This document shows, one piece after another, positions 52,705 to 58,443 of a stretch of DNA of 58,443 nucleotides. The notes under the pieces are model-generated. The model was not told the DNA's origin. It did no database searches and saw only the letters and a list, made by a program, of their open reading frames with translations. Origin of the DNA: an uncultured virus (IMG/VR IMGVR_UViG_3300010160_000028) (Duplodnaviria; Heunggongvirae; Uroviricota; Caudoviricetes). The position numbers were made by a program, and so were the translations under genes. Location: the IMG/VR virus record IMGVR_UViG_3300010160_000028; one strand, 5' to 3'. The stretch's first letter is position 1, and each line of letters begins with the position of its first letter.

Positions 52705-53249
52705 TGCTATATACGGGATCGGGAAATATACCTCATCATATCTATTGTTGGGTAGATTCTTCGTTCATTCGTAAAGATGCCAAACCAAATACGTTCGAAC
52801 CGTGTGTATGGTTTGCACTTCATGCCAAAGCTGGACATTCTTGGGGTTGTCATGTCATGTTGGAATGTGGAGCAGTTTGGCGTGGAGTTCCTCCTCATGC
52901 CTTGGCATTTTCTCCAAATCCTGAGAAAACTTGGCATCTTGAAGATACACAGATATGGGATTGCTATGGCGATCAGTTTTCTGTTTTAATATATAGTTAT
53001 CTACATAGCCAACAAGCAGAAATTCGAAAGAGCGGCCTTTTTGGTCGTTATCTTTTTACAGTGGTTCCAATGCATGATGGATATTCACAAGATCCTTCTC
53101 AATCGAAGGAATTTATGTTTATTCAATTAGATAATGGCAGACTAACTATTATGCCTACCAATGAACTTCGATTCCATGATAAATCATATACCGAAGGCGA
53201 TTGGCCGAAAGATATTAAACTAAACACCAGTACTTGGAGAGTTGAATGA
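52704..53249 (+). CDS. Conserved hypothetical protein
   Basis: TAATG coupling; GA.W...P.HAL...WDC...YLFT...LDNG. Confidence 0.65.
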   Translation: MLYTGSGNIPHHIYCWVDSSFIRKDAKPNTFEPCVWFALHAKAGHSWGCHVMLECGAVWRGVPPHALAFSPNPEKTWHLEDTQIWDCYGDQFSVLIYSYLHSQQAEIRKSGLFGRYLFTVVPMHDGYSQDPSQSKEFMFIQLDNGRLTIMPTNELRFHDKSYTEGDWPKDIKLNTSTWRVE

Positions 53250-54319
53250 CCGTTTTTTCAAACGAAATGTTTGATGCTACAGAACAGAATTGTTTCTTCG
53301 GAAAACAAGTAAACATTGCTCGTTACGATAAGCAACGTTATAACATCTTCGAGAAGCTGACAGATAAGCAACTTGGATTCTTTTGGAGACCAGAAGAAGT
53401 TGATCTGTCAAGAGACGGTAAAGACTTTAAAGGGTTAACCGACCATGAAAAGCACATCTTCACAAGCAATCTCAAAAGACAGATTCTTCTTGACTCTGTT
53501 CAAGGACGTGCGCCTAGCTTGGCGTTTCTACCAATTTGTTCGCTCCCCGAACTCGAAACCTGGATCCAAACATGGACATTTTCCGAAACGATTCATAGTC
53601 GATCCTACACTCATATCATTCGAAACGTTTATTCAGATCCGTCAAGGGTATTTGACGAGATGCTCGACATTCAAGAAATAGCAGACTGTGCTTATGATAT
53701 TAGCAAATACTATGATAACTTAATTAGTTTTAATGTCAGATGGAATGGTGATGTTGCACATTACGACCATAAGAAAGCCTTATGGCTTTGTCTGAATGCT
53801 GTGAATGCTTTAGAAGGAGTAAGGTTCTATGTCTCGTTTGCGTGTAGCTGGGCTTTCGCCGAAGTTAAGAAAATGGAGGGTAACGCCAAGATCATCAAGC
53901 TCATCGCGCGGGACGAGAACGTTCACCTTGCCTCGACACAACAGCTCCTCAAAATTCTACCGAAAGAGGATCCAGACTTTGCTCGCATACAAGAAGAGAC
54001 ACGAGATGAGTGTATCGGCATGTTTTATCGCGTGGTCGACCAAGAGAAAAGTTGGGCATCTTACCTTTTCCAGAATGGTTCTATGATTGGTCTGAATGAA
54101 GAACTTCTTTGTAATTATGTCGACCATATTGCTGCAAAACGAATGGGTGCTATCGGCTTGAATGGCAAACCTGGAGCGAATCCTTTGCCATGGACACAGA
54201 AGTGGATTTCAGGTTCTGATGTTCAAGTTGCCCCGCAAGAAACAGAAATTACTAGCTATGTGATTGGTGGAGTGAAAAAAGATGTTGATGAAAACACGTT
54301 CAAAGGATTTACGTTATAA
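53246..54319 (+). CDS. nrdB: Class Ia ribonucleotide reductase beta subunit
   Basis: FFWRPEE, LDSVQ, ETIHSRSY, LEGVRFY.SF, RDENVH, APQETE...Y. Confidence 0.97.
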   Translation: MTVFSNEMFDATEQNCFFGKQVNIARYDKQRYNIFEKLTDKQLGFFWRPEEVDLSRDGKDFKGLTDHEKHIFTSNLKRQILLDSVQGRAPSLAFLPICSLPELETWIQTWTFSETIHSRSYTHIIRNVYSDPSRVFDEMLDIQEIADCAYDISKYYDNLISFNVRWNGDVAHYDHKKALWLCLNAVNALEGVRFYVSFACSWAFAEVKKMEGNAKIIKLIARDENVHLASTQQLLKILPKEDPDFARIQEETRDECIGMFYRVVDQEKSWASYLFQNGSMIGLNEELLCNYVDHIAAKRMGAIGLNGKPGANPLPWTQKWISGSDVQVAPQETEITSYVIGGVKKDVDENTFKGFTL

Positions 54320-54456
54320 TGGATTGGATTACTTGCCCTTCGTGTGACGAAGAATTTAAAATAATTACTGAGAGTACAACTCTACCTGAATATTGCCCAT
54401 ACTGTTCCGCAGAGCTTGATCTTGAAGATCCATTCGACGAAGAATATGAAGAATAA
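54319..54456 (+). CDS. Small zinc-ribbon protein (45 aa, not in ORF track)
   Basis: CPSC...CPYC with acidic tail; TAATG coupling. Confidence 0.65.
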   Translation: MDWITCPSCDEEFKIITESTTLPEYCPYCSAELDLEDPFDEEYEE

Positions 54457-54486
54457 ATAGATCTTTCTCCTAATGGAATGTGATCT

Positions 54487-54906
54487 ATGTGGTTATACGA
54501 AGACAAAGAATTTATTGATGTCGAAGATTATTATGGTTTCATATATGTTATTGAAAACTTAATCAACGGCCGAAAATATATTGGTCGCAAGTATCTGACT
54601 AAGGCCGGATACAAAACTGTCAAAGGCAAACGAAAGAAGCTCCGCGTAGAGTCCGATTGGCGAGACTACTACGGATCTTCGACTTCCCTCAAAGAAGATA
54701 TTGATCTCTACGGAAAAGATAACTTTCGTAGAACGATCTTAAGACTCTGTAAGGGTCGCGGAGAATGTAATTACTTTGAAACGAAATATATATTTGATAA
54801 CGATGCCATTTTAGATCCTCAGTATTATAATACTTGGGTGTCTTGTAAAATTCAAGCAAGCCACGTAAAGGCTTTACTGTTCAACCCTGAACAGGCGAAT
54901 TTATGA
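54487..54906 (+). CDS. GIY-YIG endonuclease (T4 endonuclease II-like)
   Basis: GFIYVIEN...KYIGRK, Y.GSS, F.RTIL, E, YYN; position after nrdB as for T4 denA. Confidence 0.75.
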   Translation: MWLYEDKEFIDVEDYYGFIYVIENLINGRKYIGRKYLTKAGYKTVKGKRKKLRVESDWRDYYGSSTSLKEDIDLYGKDNFRRTILRLCKGRGECNYFETKYIFDNDAILDPQYYNTWVSCKIQASHVKALLFNPEQANL

Positions 54907-54907
54907 G

Positions 54908-55297
54908 GTGGGTAAGGTACTCGAACATAAGCATTTGATTGTAAGAGCAGAGCTCAAGAATCCTCCACAATGCACAGAAGCCATTGAAACGTGGATGAAA
55001 AAGCTCGTCAATCAAATTGATATGAAAATTTTAATGGGACCATATGCGGTGTATTCTGATATGGTTGGTAACCGTGGTTTGACTGCCGTGACTATTATTG
55101 AGACGAGTCATATCGCTCTACATGTTTGGGATGAGTGTGAACCTGCGCTTGCTCAACTCGATGTATACACGTGCAGCGCTTTGAATACTAATGATGTCTT
55201 CGAAGCCATGAAAGAATGGGATCCTACTCAAGTCGAATATAAGTATATCGACAGAGAACATGAACTGTGTACATTAATTGAGAAACGTGTTATATAA
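54908..55297 (+). CDS. speD: S-adenosylmethionine decarboxylase proenzyme
   Basis: G.T....IETSHI..H.W.E...LDVYTC. Confidence 0.82.
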   Translation: MGKVLEHKHLIVRAELKNPPQCTEAIETWMKKLVNQIDMKILMGPYAVYSDMVGNRGLTAVTIIETSHIALHVWDECEPALAQLDVYTCSALNTNDVFEAMKEWDPTQVEYKYIDREHELCTLIEKRVI

Positions 55298-55329
55298 TAG
55301 TATATGAACAATAAAAATGAGGTATTATA

Positions 55330-55599
55330 ATGGGTAAAAAGAGAACACGTAAGACAGTTACTTCGAAAGGACAGCGTCGTAATATCGTCGCCGGCGTAAA
55401 AGAAGTTCGTCAAGCGCGAAGTGAAGGAGAAGTTGCTTATAATAAACTCGAAGCGTGGCGCAAAGGACAGAATCCATGGATTACTGTTCCTGGTCCAAGC
55501 ACAAAGTGTCGCTTGATGAAAGTCAAAGCAAATGCCGTTTGGGGCAATCCAAAAAATCGTTCAACCGGTATTTACAGCAAAGTAACAAACGATGGTTAA
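55330..55599 (+). CDS. Basic hypothetical protein
   Basis: Promoter TGTACA(55268); GAGG RBS; SKGQRRN...AW.KG.NPWIT. Confidence 0.65.
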   Translation: MGKKRTRKTVTSKGQRRNIVAGVKEVRQARSEGEVAYNKLEAWRKGQNPWITVPGPSTKCRLMKVKANAVWGNPKNRSTGIYSKVTNDG

Positions 55600-55846
55600 G
55601 AATGTATTGATCTATACGAAAGAAAATTGCCCTTATTGTACACAAGCAAAAAACTTGTTTACAAATAAAGGACAACAGTATATAGAGAAGAAGATAGGAA
55701 AAGATCTTACACGCGAAGAGTTTATGGAAAACTTTCCAGATGTAAGAACAGTTCCTTTTATTATTATTGACACAGAAAAGGTAGGTGGTTATGACAAACT
55801 CATTGAATGGTACGACAGACCAGAACGAAGCTTCTTGGCGGAATGA
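55592..55846 (+). CDS. Glutaredoxin
   Basis: CPYC, TVP and VGGY motifs. Confidence 0.92.
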   Translation: MVKNVLIYTKENCPYCTQAKNLFTNKGQQYIEKKIGKDLTREEFMENFPDVRTVPFIIIDTEKVGGYDKLIEWYDRPERSFLAE

Positions 55847-56096
55847 ATACCTCAAAGGTATTCTTCAAACTGGAATCGCAAATGTTACCTTCGTAAAGAA
55901 GGATGGCACAGAACGAGTTCTTCGTTGCACTCTGTCTCCGACACAACTTCCGGAACAGACTGATCTTGAAAAAGCTTTTAAACAACAAAAGACTCCAAAT
56001 CCAGATGTACTCGCTGTATGGGATCTCGAAAATAAGGGATGGCGTTCATTCCGTTACGACTCGATTCTCGGCTTTAGTATAGTACACGTCGAGTGA
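55791..56096 (+). CDS. WYL_2 / DUF2693-like SH3-fold protein
   Basis: FVKKDGTER...CTL...VWDLE..GWRSFR. Confidence 0.75.
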   Translation: MTNSLNGTTDQNEASWRNEYLKGILQTGIANVTFVKKDGTERVLRCTLSPTQLPEQTDLEKAFKQQKTPNPDVLAVWDLENKGWRSFRYDSILGFSIVHVE

Positions 56097-56437
56097 TCTA
56101 CATGGTCGATATTGATCAGACTATCTGTCTGACTCCTTTTATGGATGGAAAGCATCGATATGAACTTTCCATCCCATTTAGGCAGCGTATTGAAGAGATA
56201 AATAAACTATACGATCAAGGCCACACTATTAAGTATTGGACTGCTCGTGGTTCAGGATCGGGCATCGACTGGACTGAACTCACTACACAACAACTAAATG
56301 ATTGGGACTGCAAGTTTCACGAAGTTCGAGTCGGAAAACCGTCATACGATATATGGATCGATGACAAGGCTATCAGTGATAAGGATTTCTTTGCAATTGC
56401 AGACCGATCGATCTTTCCAGGATTTGAAGATGAATAA
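56093..56437 (+). CDS. HAD-family phosphatase
   Basis: VDIDQTI, WTARG, GKP..D..IDDKA. Confidence 0.8.
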   Translation: MIYMVDIDQTICLTPFMDGKHRYELSIPFRQRIEEINKLYDQGHTIKYWTARGSGSGIDWTELTTQQLNDWDCKFHEVRVGKPSYDIWIDDKAISDKDFFAIADRSIFPGFEDE

Positions 56438-57419
56438 TCAAGAACGAATTGAATTGAATGAACTGAATAAGGAATCGAATGGCGGAACAGAACTTACCAC
56501 TCGAAATCTCTTCCATCGACTATCAAGTGATGAACTCGATGGTGTCCAAATTATCACTGCTCGCGTCCGCGACCTCGATCCTGACCGAATTAAGATCTAT
56601 CATTTACATGATCTCGCCGGTGATCCGGAAGCTGCACATCTTCAAGATCCGACTTCTCGAGCTCGCTTTCAAAAGTTGGTCTTCAGCTCGAACTGGCAGT
56701 ATCAACAGTATCGTGACTATCTTGGAATTCCATATAGCAATCATTCAACAGTTATCGAAACAGGCATCGAGCCTATTCCACTCGTTGACAAACCAAAGGA
56801 CAAGATACGCCTCATTTATACATCCACACCTCATCGTGGATTGGAGATTTTGGTTCCTGTCTTTTGTGCTCTTGCCGAAAAATACCCCAATATTGAACTA
56901 GACGTGTTTTCTTCGTTCGGTATCTATGGTCCTGGATGGCAGGGACGCGACGAAGCGTACAAGCCTATCTTCGATCGGATGAAGGAGCACCCACAGATCA
57001 ACTACCATGGATGGGCAGATCAAGAGACTGTTCGAGCTGCATATCAACGCGCACACATCTTTGCATATCCTTGTATCTGGCCTGAAACTTCTTGTCGTTC
57101 TTTGATTGAAGCGATGTCAGCTGGTTGTCTTGCGGTACATCCTAACTTCTCGGCACTGGCTGACACGTCGGGTGGGTTGACTGTCCAGTATGATGGAGAT
57201 CATGAGGATCAAAATCTCCATGCTAATATCTTTGCACATACTCTCATGTATGCCATCGAAAATGTTCAGAACAACGACATTACTAATATGATGTCATTCG
57301 TCAAAGCATACGCAGACACTCGCTTCGGTTGGGATTCTGTCATTCCCAAGTGGAAGGGACTCATCGCTTCGTTAAAGGAACAACACCGTGATATTGGCCA
57401 AGGCACCACTCAGAGTTAG
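56430..57419 (+). CDS. GT-B glycosyltransferase (GT4-like)
   Basis: GGTE, YTSTPHRGL, YP..WPETSC....EAM.AG. Confidence 0.82.
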   Translation: MNNQERIELNELNKESNGGTELTTRNLFHRLSSDELDGVQIITARVRDLDPDRIKIYHLHDLAGDPEAAHLQDPTSRARFQKLVFSSNWQYQQYRDYLGIPYSNHSTVIETGIEPIPLVDKPKDKIRLIYTSTPHRGLEILVPVFCALAEKYPNIELDVFSSFGIYGPGWQGRDEAYKPIFDRMKEHPQINYHGWADQETVRAAYQRAHIFAYPCIWPETSCRSLIEAMSAGCLAVHPNFSALADTSGGLTVQYDGDHEDQNLHANIFAHTLMYAIENVQNNDITNMMSFVKAYADTRFGWDSVIPKWKGLIASLKEQHRDIGQGTTQS

Positions 57420-58338
57420 TTTTTTCGGTGGGGGTAGCGATATCCCCACGCACTTTGCAACATGGGGTGGAGCAACCATCTCAACGGCTATCGACAATTA
57501 TGTCTATGTAGCAGTTATGCATACACCACACGACCACATTAAAGTGTCTTACTCAAAGCTTGAGTGCGTCACAGACGTCGAAGATATTCAGAACGAAATC
57601 GTTCGTAACGCGCTCAAGTTCTTCGGTATCAAATCCAACATCGAAATCACATCATTCGCAGACATTCCCACGATCGGTAACGGTCTTGGTGGATCGTCTG
57701 CCTTTACTTGTGCCTTGATCAAGGCTTTGTCTGCCTATCTTGGTTATGAATACGTCAATCCATATGGCCTTGCGAAAACTGCTTGTCATATCGAGATTGA
57801 CTTATGTGGTTGGAAGATCGGTATGCAAGATCAGTTTGCATCTGCATTTGGTGGTATGAATTACATTGAGTATGCTAATGAACTTGGTAATGGTCGTGTA
57901 GATGTCAAGCGGCTTGATTCGAATAGTATCGAAAACTATATGATTTTGATTCCAACTAATATCGAACATCATGCAGCAAAGATTCTTGATAAGATCAACT
58001 TTGAAGCCAAGACATTCGTTATTCGCCAACTCGCAGATATGGCAAAGATGCAGAGTACACAACGCGTGAATATCAACGAATATGGTGGATTATTAAACTC
58101 TGCGTGGATGTTAAAGAAACAGATGACTGAAGGCATCTCTTCAGAAGAGATAGATAGTATGTATGATCGATGCCAATCTGCAGGAGCACTCGGATCTAAA
58201 CTGCTTGGTGCAGGAGGAGGCGGATACATGTTAGCACTCACAGATTCAAAGAGCGCAATTCGCCAAGAATTCTCAGATAGAATATGCCTAGATGTAGGCA
58301 TCTCACATGAAGGAGCAAAAGTTGTTTATAGAGACTGA
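57388..58338 (+). CDS. GHMP sugar kinase (HddA, heptose-7-phosphate 1-kinase-like)
   Basis: APLRVSFFGGGSD, GNGLGGSSA, G.QDQ..SAFGG, KLLGAGGGG. Confidence 0.88.
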   Translation: MILAKAPLRVSFFGGGSDIPTHFATWGGATISTAIDNYVYVAVMHTPHDHIKVSYSKLECVTDVEDIQNEIVRNALKFFGIKSNIEITSFADIPTIGNGLGGSSAFTCALIKALSAYLGYEYVNPYGLAKTACHIEIDLCGWKIGMQDQFASAFGGMNYIEYANELGNGRVDVKRLDSNSIENYMILIPTNIEHHAAKILDKINFEAKTFVIRQLADMAKMQSTQRVNINEYGGLLNSAWMLKKQMTEGISSEEIDSMYDRCQSAGALGSKLLGAGGGGYMLALTDSKSAIRQEFSDRICLDVGISHEGAKVVYRD

Positions 58339-58443
58339 TATCATACTTGATCACCTCGGCCTGATTAATATCGGCTTTGCTAGCATTGATCAAGAAGAAT
58401 TTAAGAAAGCCGCCGAACTTATTTGGATGACCAGCATTTCCAA
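58322..58443 (+). CDS. Probable SIS-domain phosphoheptose isomerase (GmhA-like), 3' truncated by window
   Basis: AGGAG RBS plus TTG, frame open to the window end; N-terminal helix ending KAAELI; context after an HddA-like kinase. Catalytic motifs lie outside the window. Confidence 0.35.
   Translation, partial: MFIETDIILDHLGLINIGFASIDQEEFKKAAELIWMTSIS

Noticed and set aside
24373..54319. Introns or inteins in gp43, gp41, primase, nrdA or nrdB
   Set aside because: All are uninterrupted ORFs of ordinary length with no visible intein or intron signatures
1..58443. Genome-wide stop-codon reassignment suggested by the internal TAA at 36650
   Set aside because: TAA, TGA and TAG all end well-conserved genes at their expected lengths, and no suppressor tRNA is seen; the stop is an isolated case

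Overview
This window is a 58 kb segment of a large T4-like (myovirus-type) bacteriophage genome. It is almost entirely coded on the + strand; the single clear - strand gene is an endolysin. The replication and nucleotide core comprises gp45, gp44, gp62, RegA, gp43, UvsX, gp41, gp61 primase, ThyX, NrdA/NrdB, glutaredoxin, dCMP deaminase and an EndoII-like GIY-YIG nuclease. There are four tRNAs and several accessory modules: (1) a DNA base-hypermodification-like cluster at the left end; (2) a late-promoter operon with CsgF/CsgG curli-secretion homologues, two curlin-repeat proteins, a FecR-domain protein and a CHASE2 class III adenylate cyclase; (3) a late region of putative internal head proteins carrying capsid-targeting-like and prohead-protease-like motifs, next to a nuclease-like / HAD / ligase-like / HxGH nucleotidyltransferase group in which the last gene has an in-frame TAA; (4) a lysis-like cluster with an embedded Rz/Rz1 spanin pair; (5) the start of a heptose/sugar-nucleotide cluster at the right end. 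Regulation is readable directly from the sequence: about 17 TGTACA-N17-TAnnnT early-type promoters, TATAAATA late promoters, RBS-sequestering hairpins, a ROSE-like hsp20 leader and two candidate structured ncRNAs. All protein calls come from motif recognition by eye, not database searches. Start codons were adjusted where an RBS, gene overlap or promoter position supported it.
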